A stretch of DNA of 64,000 bases. Source: Octopus vulgaris. Taxonomy: Eukaryota. Shown here in pieces: positions 38,648 through 51,181 of this stretch. The stretch covers positions 45,818,001-45,882,000 of the forward strand of contig OX597827.1 of the NCBI GenBank assembly GCA_951406725.2, given 5' to 3'. The notes under the pieces are model-generated. The model was not told where the DNA came from and made no database searches. It saw only the letters and a list, made by a program, of their open reading frames with translations. The translations under genes and the position numbers were made by a program. The first letter of the stretch is position 1. Each line of letters begins with the position of its first letter.

Positions 38648-39825
38648 GTTATATATATATATATATATATATATACATACATATATACGACAGTCTTCTT
38701 TCAGTTTCCGTGTACCAAATCCAGGCTTTGGTCAGCCTGAGGCTATAGTAGAAGACACTTGCCTAAGGTGCCATGCAGTGGGACTGAACCTGGAACCATG
38801 TGGTTCGTAAGCAAGCTACTCACCACACAACCACTCCTACGCCTATAGCTACTTACCACACAGCCACTCCTATATATATCATCTATATATCATCATCATC
38901 ATCATTTAACATCGATTTTCCATGCTGGCATGGGTTGGACGGTTTGACAGGAACTGGCAAGTTGGAGAGCTGCACCACGCTCTAATTGTCTGTTTTGGCA
39001 TGGTTTCTATGGCTGGATATATATAGGTATGGCTGTGTGGTAAGAAGCTGGCTTCCCAAGCATATGGTCCCAAGTTCGGCCCCATTGCATGGCACCTTGG
39101 GCATATGTCTTCTACCATTGCCTCAGGCCAACCAAAACCTTGTGAGTGGATTTGGTAGACGGAAACTGAAAGAAGCCCTTCATATGGGTGTGTGTTTGTT
39201 CCCCACCTCTGATTGACAGTTGGTGTTGGTGTGTTTATGTCCCTGCAACTTTGCAGTTCAGCAAAAGAAACCGATAGAATAAGTACCAGACTTTAAAAAG
39301 ATAAGTCCAGGGGTTGATTTGTTTGACTAAAACCCTTCAAGGTGGTGCCCCAGCATGGCCACAGTCAAATGACTGAAACAAGTAAACGATAAAAGATATA
39401 TATATTCTTTTACTCTTTTATTTGTTTCAGTCATTTGACTGTGGCCATGCTAGAGTACCACCTTTAGTCGAACAAATGGACCCCAGGACTTATTCTTTGT
39501 AAGTTTAGTACTTATTCTATCAGTCTCTTTTGTCGAACCGCTAAGTTACAGGGATGTAAAGGCACCAAAATCAGTTGTCAAGAGATGTTGGGGAGGAGTG
39601 GGGGCAAAGGCAGACATGCAAACATATGCACATATATACGACGGGCTTCTTTCAGTTTCCATCTACCAAATCCACTCACAGTGATTTGGTCGGCCCAAGG
39701 CTATGGTAGAAGATACTTGCCCAAGGTGCCACAAAGTGGGACTGAACCTGAAACCAAGTGATTAAGAAGCCAGCTTCTTACCACACAGACATTCCTGCGC
39801 CTTACCACACAGCCATTCCTGCGCC
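38395..39825. mobile_element. Three family B SINEs (38395-38845 -, 39025-39395 +, 39405-39825 -) plus a family C fragment
   Basis: Family B consensus in alternating orientation. Confidence 0.82.
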
Positions 39826-39978
39826 TATTTACAGATATGCAGCAAAAAATTAGACACATATACATACTGAAATATACACATATAACATGTACACATGCAT
39901 AGTCACACACACACACACACACACGCGCACATTGTTTGGTGACATCATCACCATTGTTGTCAAGATTAAGATACTGAC

Positions 39979-40113
39979 TTGCATCGTTAGACACCATTCC
40001 GTCCTTGCCGTTGTCGTTCCATGCAGAGACACACCACAGCAGGGGATCAGCTCGAAGAATTGGGTAAGTGGCAGCAAAATATTCAAAAAAATCAGGAGAT
40101 ATGTCAAGGTCAT
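39979..40113 (-). CDS. MGAT1: MGAT1 coding exon (DDLDISPDFFEYFAATYPILRADPLLWCVSAWNDNGKDGMVSNDA)
   Basis: Acceptor gatttttccag and donor gtcagt; 135 nt, phase 1 to 1. Confidence 0.96.
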
Positions 40114-40199
40114 CTGGAAAAATCAAAGAGAAAAAGAGAGAGAGTGAGAGAGGGAGAATATAAAAGGAAAACTGGGAATCGGTTATCAAATCATGTCCG

Positions 40200-41330
40200 C
40201 AGCATCACCAACATTATTGTCATCATCATCATCATCACAACCAACACCACCATCATAATCATCATCATCACTATCACAACCACCACCACAACCAACACCA
40301 TAATCATCATCATCACTATCACAACCAACACCATAATCATCATCATCACTATCACAACCACCACCACTATCACCACCATCATCATCATCACTATCACAAC
40401 CACCACCACTACCACCACCATCATCATCACAACCAACACCATAATCATTATCATCACTATCACAACCACCACCACTACCACCACCATCATCATCACAACC
40501 AACACCATAATCATCATCATCATCACAACCAACACCATAATCATCATCATCACTATCACAACCACCACCACCATCATCATCATCACTGTTACTTCATCAT
40601 CATGCCACTACCATACATCATTAATCATTGCCATTGCAACCACCACAACCACCAACGCCATCACAATGAACAAACAAGGAAATTTGTACGTGGTCGCATG
40701 TTCTGCTAGAAACAGCAGCCATACAGTCCTCAAATAGCTTCTTATGCTCTTAAAAAAATTTGCAAAAAATCACTCCGGATAATGTAGTCCTAGATGCACA
40801 ACAAGATGGTCACAGCTGGAACACCATTTCATCATAAATTTGTTCAATCAACTGGAACTGATCCGGAGTGAAGTGTGCATGTGGGGGGGGGGGGGGAGTT
40901 AATTGACATCAGCACCAATAATGGCAATAACATGACCACACATATGTACACACATACACGCAAACACACATGTACACACATACACATGCAAACAAACATG
41001 CATGCATACACACACACAAATGCATGTACAAACACAAACACATACACACACATGCACATGAACACATGCACGCAGACACATGTACACACACATATTCACA
41101 CAAACATGCACACGAACACACGCATGCACACATATGTACACACACACAAACAACCATGCACACATGCGCACGAACACACATGCATGCCCACATATGTACA
41201 CACATACATGCATACAAACAAAAACACGTACACATGCACACGAACACAAACACACATGCACACGAGCACAAACACACACACATACATGAACACACCCATG
41301 CACGCACACCCATGCATGCCCACACATAGA
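40200..41330. repeat. Low-complexity (CAT/CAC)n minisatellite and (CA/CATG)n tract
   Basis: Seen directly; it produces the poly-I/T and H/T ORFs. Confidence 0.9.
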
Positions 41331-41363
41331 TCTTTATACAGAGTGTCCCAGTGAAGTGCTTAC

Positions 41364-41502
41364 CTTCAACAATTATCACAGCTGAGAAATTAAGTTTCAC
41401 TAATACTTGATTGATGGCCCACCTGTAGTGTCGGGCTATTTTGTAGTAACCTTGGAATTTGGTCTGTGGCCATGGCAGGTTGATGTCACTCAAATCAGGA
41501 TG
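41364..41502 (-). CDS. MGAT1: MGAT1 coding exon (HPDLSDINLPWPQTKFQGYYKIARHYRWAINQVLVKLNFSAVIIVE)
   Basis: Acceptor tttgtctttgcag and donor gtaagc; 139 nt, phase 0 to 1. Confidence 0.96.
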
Positions 41503-41635
41503 CTGCAAAGACAAAAAAAAAATGCTTGGTGATATTCATTCTGATACTCTGCACTTTGGGTTCAAACCCTATCTAAGTCAACTTTGCCTCTCATCCTTTT
41601 CCTGGGTCCACACAAACACACACACAAATCTATAG

Positions 41636-41992
41636 CTTACTTTGCAACCACATGGTTCCAGCTTCAGTCCTACTGCATGGCACCTTAGGCCAGTGTCTTC
41701 TGCTAAAGCTTCGGGCCAACCAAAGCCTTGTGAGTGGATTTGGTAGGTGGAAATTGAAAGAAGCCTGTTGTGAGTGTGTGTGTGTGTGTGTGTGTGTCTG
41801 CATTTGTTCATCCCACCATCGCTTGACAACCAATGTTGGTGTTTTTATGTCCCTGTAACTTAACAGTTCGGCAAAAGAGACTGATAGAATAAGTACAAGG
41901 CTTACAAAGAATAAGTCCCAGAGTCGACTTGTCCAACTAAAAGCAGTGCTCCAGCATGGCTGCTGTCAAATGACTTAAGCAAGTAAAAGAAT
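41636..41992 (+). mobile_element. Family B SINE
   Basis: Matches 21619-22010. Confidence 0.8.
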
Positions 41993-42284
41993 AAGGCATT
42001 TAAAATGGCAGTAAGGTAGCAACGTTGGACCAAATGCTTTGTGGTATTAGTTTTGGATCTTTGCATTCTAAGCTCAAATCCAACCATGACCTACTTGGAT
42101 AGCAGATTTAACCAGTCACCTGGTTTAAAACAATATGTACAAAATTCTACCAATTCTTTTCTACTCTAAGCACAAGGCCCGAAATTTTTAAGGGAAAGGG
42201 CCAGTTGATAAGATTGACCCCAGTATGCAACTGGTACTTAATTTATCGACCCCGAAAGGATGAAAGGCAAAGTCCATGTTCTGC

Positions 42285-42317
<33 letters not shown>

Positions 42318-42465
42318 TTTAGCACATCAGTATATAAACACCTGCTTTTTCATGCTTCATTGAGTTACTTTACAGTAACTCATGCTTCATTGAGTTACAC
42401 AGGCTTTCTGTACAGTAACCTAGCACACTCATTGATCCTAATAAGTGTACAGGTGTATGTGGATT

Positions 42466-42707
42466 ATTTACATTATTTACATTTGACAGATATTTATCCT
42501 CATCTTGTTTGTTGCTAACACGTTTTGGCTGATATACCCTCCAGCCTTCATCAGGTGTTTTGGGGAAATTTCAAACCTAAGTTCTCATTCCTAAGGTATT
42601 TTTTGATATTATTAACATTATTATTGTTATTATTCAGGTCATTGCCTGGAATTGAACTCGGAATCTTGGGGATAGTAGCCTGCTCTTAACCTCTACGCCA
42701 TATGCCC
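42466..42707 (-). mobile_element. Family F SINE: tRNA-like head + (AAT)n + hammerhead-containing tail
   Basis: Minus strand reads GGGCATATGGCGTAGAGGTTAAGAGC...GAGTTCAATTCCAGGC (A/B boxes), then AAACAC-CTGATGA-AGGCTG..CAGCC-AAAACGTGTT. Confidence 0.8.
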
Positions 42708-43760
42708 AGTGTATGTGGGGTTTTCTTTTTGGTGTTTATATGTAAGTGCAGGAGTGGCTGTGCAGTAAGAAGTTTGTGTCCCAACCACATGATTCCGGGT
42801 TCAGTCCCACTGTGTGGCACCTAGGGCAAGTGTCTTTTTTTATAGCTTCCGGCCAACCAAAGCCTAGTGAGATGGAAACTCATCATCATGTATATATAAA
42901 TATATATATCATCATCATCATCATCATCATCATTTAACGCCTATTTTCCATGCTGGTATAGGTTGGATAGTTTGACTGGGGACTGGCAAGCCAGGAGGCT
43001 GCACCAGGCTCCAATCTGATCTGGCAGTGTTTCTACAGCTGGATGCCTTTCCTAACACCTTTAAGAATGTAGTGGGTGCTTTTTATGTGCCACCAGCACG
43101 GGAGCCAGTCAAGCAGTACTGGCATCAGCCACGTTTGGATGTTGATTTTTACATGCTATCAGCACGGGGAGCCAGTGAGGCAGCACTGGCAATGACCCAC
43201 GCATAAATGGTGCTTATTGCATGCCACCAGCATGAGAGCCAGTCAGGTGGCACTGGTCTGGCAAAGTTTCTACAGCTGGATGCCCTTTCTAATGCCAACC
43301 ACACTGAGAGTGTAGTGGGTGCTTTTATGTGCCATCGGCATGAGGGCCAGTCAGATGATGGATCCCCTTTGGTCAAGAATGACCATGGGATTGCACCTAG
43401 AAAGTTACCCTCTGAAGCACAAGGCCAGGTAAGGTTGTTTATGGGAGACCAGCAGGCACCCATGCATAGCAGCCTCCTCTCTCCATGCTACAGATGGTCT
43501 TCAAGGGAAAGGCAAAGGCCAATACAACTTGGCACCAGTGATATTGCAACTCATTTCTACAGCTGAGTAACGTGAAATAAAGTGTCTTGCTCAAGAACAC
43601 AACACGCAACCCAGCCCAGGAATTGAACTCACTATGTCATGATTGCAAGCCCGATGCTCTAACCACTGAGCCATGTGCCTTATATATATATATATAAACA
43701 CATATCTACACAACCTACCCATCCTCATCTCTCAACATACGCAATACAAGACCAGCTTAC

Positions 43761-43869
43761 CTTGATGTGTGTAACTTTGTCCTTGTATCGATCAATGGTC
43801 ATCGACGTCTTCACATGTCCGCAGTCCTGGCTAACCACTATAGGGAACTTGTGAGGATCCTTGCGATAT
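43761..43869 (-). CDS. MGAT1: MGAT1 coding exon (YRKDPHKFPIVVSQDCGHVKTSMTIDRYKDKVTHIK)
   Basis: Acceptor tgttgctgtag and donor gtaagc; 109 nt, phase 2 to 0. Confidence 0.95.
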
Positions 43870-44120
43870 CTACAGCAACAAAGGATAGAGAGAAGACACT
43901 AAGCACTGAAGGAATCATTTCTAAAATAAGCATTTAACAGGATGGGTGGTAAGAAGTTTGCTTCCTACTCACATGGTTTCAGGTTCAGTCCCTCTGTGTG
44001 GCACCTTGAACAAGTGCCTTCTATTGTAGCCCTGGGCCAACCAAAGCCTTGTGAGTGGATTTGGTGGACAGAAACTGGAAGACGCTTGATGTGTGTGTGT
44101 GTATATATGTATGTGTGTGT

Positions 44121-44159
<39 letters not shown>

Positions 44160-44161
<2 letters not shown>

Positions 44162-44370
44162 TCATCATCATCGTTTAACGTCCGCTTTCCATGCTAGCAT
44201 GGGTTGGACAGTTTAACTGGGGTCTGGGAAGCCCGAAGGCTGTACCAGGCCAGTCACCGCCAGATCTGACTGGCCTGGTACAGCCGTCGGGCTTCCCAGA
44301 CCCCAGTTAAACCGTCCAACCCATGCTAGCATGGAAAGCGGACGTTAAACGATGATGATGATGATGATGA

Positions 44371-44375
<5 letters not shown>
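44160..44375. repeat. Near-perfect palindrome of the family C 3' end (~95-bp arms, 10-nt loop)
   Basis: ...GGCTGTACCAGGCCAGTCA ccgccagatc TGACTGGCCTGGTACAGCC...; the arms extend into (CAT)n/(GAT)n and (TA)n. Confidence 0.92.
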
Positions 44376-44404
<29 letters not shown>

Positions 44405-44877
44405 TCATCATCATCATCATCATCGTTTAGCATATATATATATATATATATATAATCATTGCTTAATGCCCATTTTCCATGCTGGCATGGGTTGGACGGT
44501 TTGATTGGGGTGTGGCGGCAAGCCAGTCATGCTACCATTTGTAGTTCATGATATAAGAGTTCTTAGAATGTGACATAGACTTTTGAAGCACCCTGTATAG
44601 TAGCCAAGTTAAAATAATGGGCATTACATTCAATTCCTTTATCATAGCAAATTTGGCTAACAGCTGTTTCCAGTAGTCATTATAGATAGGTTTACTCAAT
44701 CTATTGATTAACTGAGGTAAAACAAAAGACCTCAGAAAGTTAATTATCCCTTCATCTGAACTATTGCTGGAGTTCTTCACTAATGTAAGTAATATTGTTA
44801 GGCTGGTGTGCCAACAAAGAGCTTAAGTATTTTGCCCTGACTGATAATCCTTCACTATTTGTTCTCTCTCTCTCTCT

Positions 44878-44914
<37 letters not shown>

Positions 44915-44915
<1 letters not shown>

Positions 44916-45357
44916 TTTTATTTGTTTCAGTCATTTGACTGTGGCCATTCTAGGGCACCACCTTTAGTCAAACAAATCAATGTCAGGATTTATTCTTTGT
45001 AAGCCTAATACTTATTCTATCAGTCTCTTTTGCCGAACCGTTAAGCTATGGGGATGTAAACACACCAACATCAGTTGTCAAATGATGGTGGGGGGATAAA
45101 CACAGACACATAGACATATACATATCTGAGACCCCCTTCGGTCATGACTGACCATGGGATTGCATCTAGAAAGTTACCCTCCCAGCACAAGTCCGGTGAA
45201 GGTTGTTTATGGAAGACCAGCAGTTGCCCATACATATATAAAGGACTTCTTTCAGTTTCCCTCTACCAATTCCACTCACAAGGCTTTGGTCGGTCTGAGG
45301 CTATAGTAGCAGACACTTGCCCAAGGTGCTGCACAGTGGGACTGAACCTGGAACCAT
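44915..45357 (-). mobile_element. Family B SINE with internal family D fragment
   Basis: Reverse family B consensus interrupted at ~45128-45230. Confidence 0.75.
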
Positions 45358-45839
45358 GAAATCACTATAGACAAATCACCTGTACAAGTTAGGTTATTCA
45401 GCAAGAAATTGTAGAACTGTCTTCCTTGAACTTGAGACACTATGAGAGAGAGAGAGAGCGTGAGAGAGAGAGAAAATGTACCTATGTGTGCACCCCCCCT
45501 TTCAACACACACACACATGCAGTGGAAAAAATAGTATTTTTAAGAGTGCAAAACTGTTTATCATTATTTTCGTTATCTTTGACAGGGTTTACATTGCTCA
45601 ATGTTAATTTTTAAGGATGATAATGTTAAATATGAGGATAATAACGTTATGTAATAAAATGTGTTGCGTCCAAGACTTAATTTCTGTTTGTTTTTTTTTG
45701 TTTTTTGCATATCATATTTTGGGGTTTGGAGGAAATTAGGAAGATTAGTCAGTAATGTGTGTGTGGAGGGGAATGCATAAAAAGGGAGGAGGAGGAAGAA
45801 GAAACAGCGAGGAGAATAATAATTGAAATAAGGACAAGA

Positions 45840-46285
45840 TCAATAATAATAATAATAATAATAATAACAAGAAGAAGAAGAAGAAGAAGAAGAAGAAGAA
45901 GAAGAAGAAGAAGAAGAAGAAGAAGAAGAAGAAAATGAAGAAGTGAAAGAAGGGAAAGCAGAAGAGAAAGAAGAAGTGAAAGAAGAGAAAGAAGAAGAAA
46001 AAAGAAGGGAAAGAGGAAGAAGAGAAAGAAGAAGTGAAAGAAGAGAAGAAAGAGAAAGAAGAAAGAAAGTGAGAGAAGAGAAAGAATAGAAAGAGAAAGA
46101 AGAGAGAGAAGAGAAAGAAGGGAAAGAAGAGAAAGAAGGGAAAGAAGAGAAAGAAGAGAACGAGAAAGAAGAGAGAGAAGAGAAAGAGAAAGAAGAGAAA
46201 GAAGTGAAAGAAGAGAAGAAAGAGAAAGAAGAGAAAGAAGAGAAAGAAGTGAAAGAAGAAGTGAAGGAAGAAGAAGAAGAAAACA
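45840..46285. repeat. (TAA)n-(GAA)n and GAAAGAAGA purine minisatellite
   Basis: Seen directly. Confidence 0.9.
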
Positions 46286-46497
46286 ACAATGATGGTGGCA
46301 ACGACTGAGGATAGTTATGATTTAAATACATTTTGTTAATAGGTTTAACTTGGGTATGATGATGATGATGGCAGCCAATACTATTTGGGGCTGAGCACAA
46401 TGAAATAGTGTTTTGGAAAAAGAATGGAAATTTATTGGGGTGTTGAATGGGGTGAAGGTGGAGGAGAAAAAGAAATCCCCAAATAAGGGTCACTTAC

Positions 46498-46669
46498 TTG
46501 ATCAACTGATCGAGGCTACGACTGACTTGTGTGCGGTCACAGGCTATTAGTAAAACAGGCAGAACCGTTTCTTCAGGACTAGTGGTCGGAAAGTCTCGGA
46601 TATGTTTTTCAAAGATATTGTTAAGATTCACTTTGGAACCATTGCCATGGGACAACTGACCTTTACGAC
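46498..46669 (-). CDS. MGAT1: MGAT1 coding exon (stem / start of catalytic domain: RKGQLSHG...VLPVLLIACDRTQVSRSLDQLIK)
   Basis: Acceptor tttttgctag and donor gtaagt; 172 nt, phase 1 to 2. Confidence 0.92.
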
Positions 46670-46729
46670 CTAGCAAAAAATAAAATAATAATAATATTAA
46701 TATTAATAATAATAATAATAATAATAATA

Positions 46730-47288
46730 AATGCCCTGATGCAGTACCAGGCAGTGGCTCTCATGGCTTCTGATCTTAACTGATTGGAAGTGTTATCATG
46801 TATATTGTTTTGTCTTGGTATAAAAGATGGGCTACAGCAAATATTCTGCTCAATACCACAGATTTGCTTGTCAGTTGTTTGACCGTAACCAGTTGAGCAT
46901 GTCCCTTAGTGGCTGACGATATGTGCATCTCTGATCACGAGCAGAAGTAGTGGGGGAGCATCATAGCCATGTGTTGAGAGGGATTCTTTGGGGTTTGAAT
47001 AGTTCACTTCTGGAAACATGGGTGGTTCTTTCAACATCCTTAAACAACCCTTATTCAGGGACCGTTTGAGCGGGATGGGCTACTCAACCTGAAGAAAATT
47101 CTAACTGGGCCCCACCTGCAAGGTCATGTGCTGTTTATCTTGATATGAGATCACCATGTCGCGCACATATGGTTGTGATGCATGTGCCTGGTGTACCTTT
47201 ATCAGACGGGTAGTCATGATGGGTATATTGGGCTTCGTATATTTTACCTCAGTGTCACTTTGATGGCATGAACTGCTCTCTCACTCAA
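46730..47288. mobile_element. Unclassified ~560-bp interspersed repeat inserted in (TAA)n; partial copy at ~22685-22822
   Basis: Flanked by (TAA)n on both sides; shares the TGCTCAATACCACAGATTTGCTT...CATAGCCAT segment with the partial copy. Confidence 0.6.
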
Positions 47289-47332
47289 TAATAATAATAG
47301 TAATAATTATAATAATAATAATAAGAGCAATC

Positions 47333-47640
47333 AGAGAGCGCAAACCTTTGCCAAGGCAACACCAATGTTCTCTCAATGATTAGCCAGAGATGATTTTTAA
47401 AATGAGAATATCTGAAATAAACTCGACTGCTCTCAAAAATTAAGTAAAAAACAAGAAAAAATAATCCAGAATCCTTGTCCGGTACTGGATTGGTCCCAAA
47501 ATCTAATCAGTTCGTGGCAGTCACAGGGCCAAACATCCCTGAAAGTTTCATCTGAATCCATCCAGCAGTTCTTGAGATATCTTGTCCATGGACAAACAAA
47601 CAAACAAGCAAACATGACTGAAAACGATGGCAGAGGTAAT
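47333..47640 (+). mobile_element. Helentron-associated (HINE/DINE-like) non-autonomous element
   Basis: Subterminal inverted repeats ACCTTTGCCA / TGGCAGAGGT, (CAAA)n microsatellite, and AAGTTTCATC..AATCCATCCAGCAGTTCTTGAGATATC body. Confidence 0.5.
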
Positions 47641-50542
47641 GAATAAATAATTAAATAAACACAAGAGAAGAAAGAGATGAAGAAGGAAGTCAGAGGTTAG
47701 TTTAGAATTAGAATAATTCTGGGAAGGTGAATAAAGAAGAGTCGTAGGAAAGACTGGTTGGCGAGCTGGGTGGATGGGTGAATAGAAAACAGCTCTTTGG
47801 AATCAAATACAGGCAACCAACAAAATCATCATCATCATCATCATCATTTCAATGTCTACTTTTCAGTGCCCCTGAGGATCTAACAGAGTTCATTGAGGTA
47901 CACTTTCTGTGGCTGGCGACTTTTCTGGTAGTGCTGGTAGCTATAATGAAGTTAGTGGTGACGGGCCCCAGTGGTGACAGTAGGGAATATGATAGCAATG
48001 TTATGACAGTGATGGCAGTGGCGGTGGTGGTGGTGGTAATAGTTTACAACCTTACGTTAACGATAGTGATGGCCCTAGTAACAGCAGCTATTGTGATATC
48101 TATGATGATGGTGGTGGTGGTGGTGGTGGTGATGGTGGTGATGTTGGGAGCAATTGTAAAAGGAAATGTTAGCAATGGCTGTTGTCATTTAGCCCCAGTT
48201 TAACACCCCCTCATGAGCCGACCTATGATCAAAAGCTTCCCAGCCATGACCATCCCATCTATTTAAGGGTTTCCTGGATCACATAACCCAAAGTGATTTT
48301 TTTTTCCTTTCTTTTAAGACAGTAGGATGGTGTGCAAGGGATCTTTGGCTGCAGTTTTTTTAACAAGCTGAGCAACCATACAGCAGATTCATCATCAGAT
48401 CTTTCATGATGTTCCAAATATAGGTGGTGGTGATGGTATGGTGGTGGTGGTATGGTGGTAGTAGTGGTGGTGGTGGTATGGTGGTAGTAGTAGTGGTGAT
48501 GGCGGTAGTCTTGGTGGTGTTACAATAGGTAGCATGTGATGGGACAACTACAATGGTTGCTATCGGTGATGATGACAATAATAGCAATGGGACTGCTGCT
48601 GATTTCCAATGATACAAGAAGAAGAGCAAAGACAAAGTTCCAACAGCAAGCATCAGTAATCTTTAAATGCTTGTACACAGATATAATTTCTTAAACATGT
48701 TTATTTCTGAAAGACAAGATTTTAATCGTAAAATATATATATAATAAAACAAAGAAAATTTTAAAAAAAACAACAAAAAACACACAGACAGACACCAATA
48801 TAACCAAAATTACATAAATAAATAGATTGCGAACGACGAAGAAGAAGAAGAAGAAATATGGAAAAAAGAACCAAAAAAATAAGAAGCCAAAACAAAATAA
48901 AAAAAAATTTCAAAAAAAGCATAAGGAAAAACAGAATCAGACTAAAAATTGGTGATATCTTCTTCGTGGAGTTAAAAATGTCAGAGAGATCAAGCGAGGA
49001 TTATGTTAAGATGTCCAACTTTAAAAGGATTGAATCTGTTTATCCTGCATTTGGCAAGATTGGATTTCATTTCCCCAGCAGCTGACACACATTTATGTAC
49101 ATAAACATGTCATTAGAGTATGTGTATGTTGGTATGTATGTATGCATGCATACATTCATTACGTATGTATATGTTATACATGTACGTATTATACATGTAT
49201 TATTATATTACATATATACACTATTATTATTATTATTATGATATATATATATATATAATATATTACATATATACATTATTATCATTATATAATATAGGCA
49301 TACATTTATATATACAAAGACATAGATTGGCTTATATGCGTGTGTACATGTGTCTTGGTTTTAGAATGATGCGTTGTGTTCTTTAATACTGTAAGACTTG
49401 TCTAAGAGCCGACAACAGGAAGAGCATTCAGCCGTAAAACACAACCTACAGAACCATGAAAATCCCCTTCCGACCCATGCTAACGAGGAAGAGCAGACGT
49501 AAAAACAATGGAGAAGTTGTTTTCCTTTGCTCTTTGCTTGTTTCCAGTTATCAGACTGTGGCCATGCTGGGGCATTGCCTTGAAGAAATTTAGTTGAAGG
49601 AAGCAATCCCAGGACCTATTTTTTTAAAGTCTAGTATATATTCTACCAGTCTCTTTTGCCAAACTGCTAAGTTATAGGTACATAAAGACACCACACACAC
49701 ACACAATTATAACCTGACACAAAAACAATTATACATACATATATATAGATATATATAAGCCTGTTAAATATATATATATATATATATATGACTAGCTTTG
49801 CGTAAACCATGGTCCGTTTTGTTCTCTTACTTTATTATCATCTTATAATCATCTCATAATAATGACTTTTATGACTTGTATTACTACCTCAGTCAATCTA
49901 AATGTATATATTTGCCGTTACCTGTCATAAATAGCCTTTTTTTATTGGCAATGTGCATTTTCGTTGATTTTTCATATTTTACCCTTACATTTCCACGTGT
50001 ATTTTATATTTTCTTTTCGTAACATATTTCTACTATATATATATATCATCATTATCATCATCATCATTTAACGTCCGCTTTCCATGCTAGCATGGGTTGG
50101 ACGGTTCAACTGGGGTCTGGGAAGCCAGAAGGCTGCACCAGGCCCAGTCTGATCTGGCAGTGTTTCTACAGCTGGATGCCCTTCCTAACGCCAACCACTC
50201 CGTGAGTGTAGTGGGTGCTTTTTACGTGCCACCGGCACAGGTGCCAGACGAGGCTGGCAGACGGCCACAATCAGATGGTGCTTTTTACGTGCCACCATAT
50301 ATATATATATATATAGTTTATATTTATGTGTGTGTGTGTGTATGTTTGCCCCCACCCACTACCACCATTGCTTCACAACTGATGCTAGTTTGTTTATGCC
50401 ACCATAACTTAGCTGTTTGGCAAAAGAGACCACTAAAGTAAATACTAGGCTTACAAAGAATAAGTCCTGGGGCCCCAATTCCTTCAACTAAAACCCTTTA
50501 AGGTGGTGCTCCAGCATGGCTACGGTCAAACGACTGAAACAA

Positions 50543-50606
<64 letters not shown>

Positions 50607-51142
50607 TAATTAGTAATAAGCATATGATAGAACCTAGGCATATGAACACGTAGGACACCAGAAATGGCTAGGTATGATAACAAAGAGTTCACAGTGAGGT
50701 GAACAGCAATGAAGGTTTAAAGTGTTGGTATGTTACTGCAGATATGTAAGTACCAAATGTAATTTAAACTGTATATCCAACTCTGACATTGGTTCCAGGT
50801 GTGGCATAGAGAGCACAAATTTTAAACATGCTATTTAGATGTAGGCGTAAGATGATTTGGGCACTGGAAATTTGGCAAAGCTGAGTGGAAATTCAACCTG
50901 ATTTGGTGACAGTGACTTTGGCATTGGAGGCAAATGCATGCATACACAGAAATATGCAGAGTGAGAGAGACAGGAGGAAGCAGAGAAAGCGAGAGAGAGA
51001 GAGAGAGCGATTGATTAAAATGTTTGATACCAAATAAGTCATCAGTGATGCCAATTAAACAGTATCAAAATGGCGGAGCCAAAATGTCCCAAGTCCTATA
51101 TGTGTGTATATATATAAATCTGTCTCTGTCCGTCTCTCTCTC

Positions 51143-51181
<39 letters not shown>

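Larger units (their letters stand above)
15913..46669 (-). other. MGAT1: MGAT1/GnT-I gene span (9 coding exons identified; 5' exons not resolved)
   Basis: The spliced translation contains the GT13 motifs VLLIACDR, FPIVVSQDCGH, FQGYYKIARHYRWA, IIVEDDL (DxD-like), CVSAWNDNGK, YRTDFFPGLGW, WDDWMR, GQFFDKHLKFIKLN, GIMDDLKAGVPRAGYRG and ...WSGYNPNWN*. All introns are GT-AG with matching phases. Confidence 0.96.
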
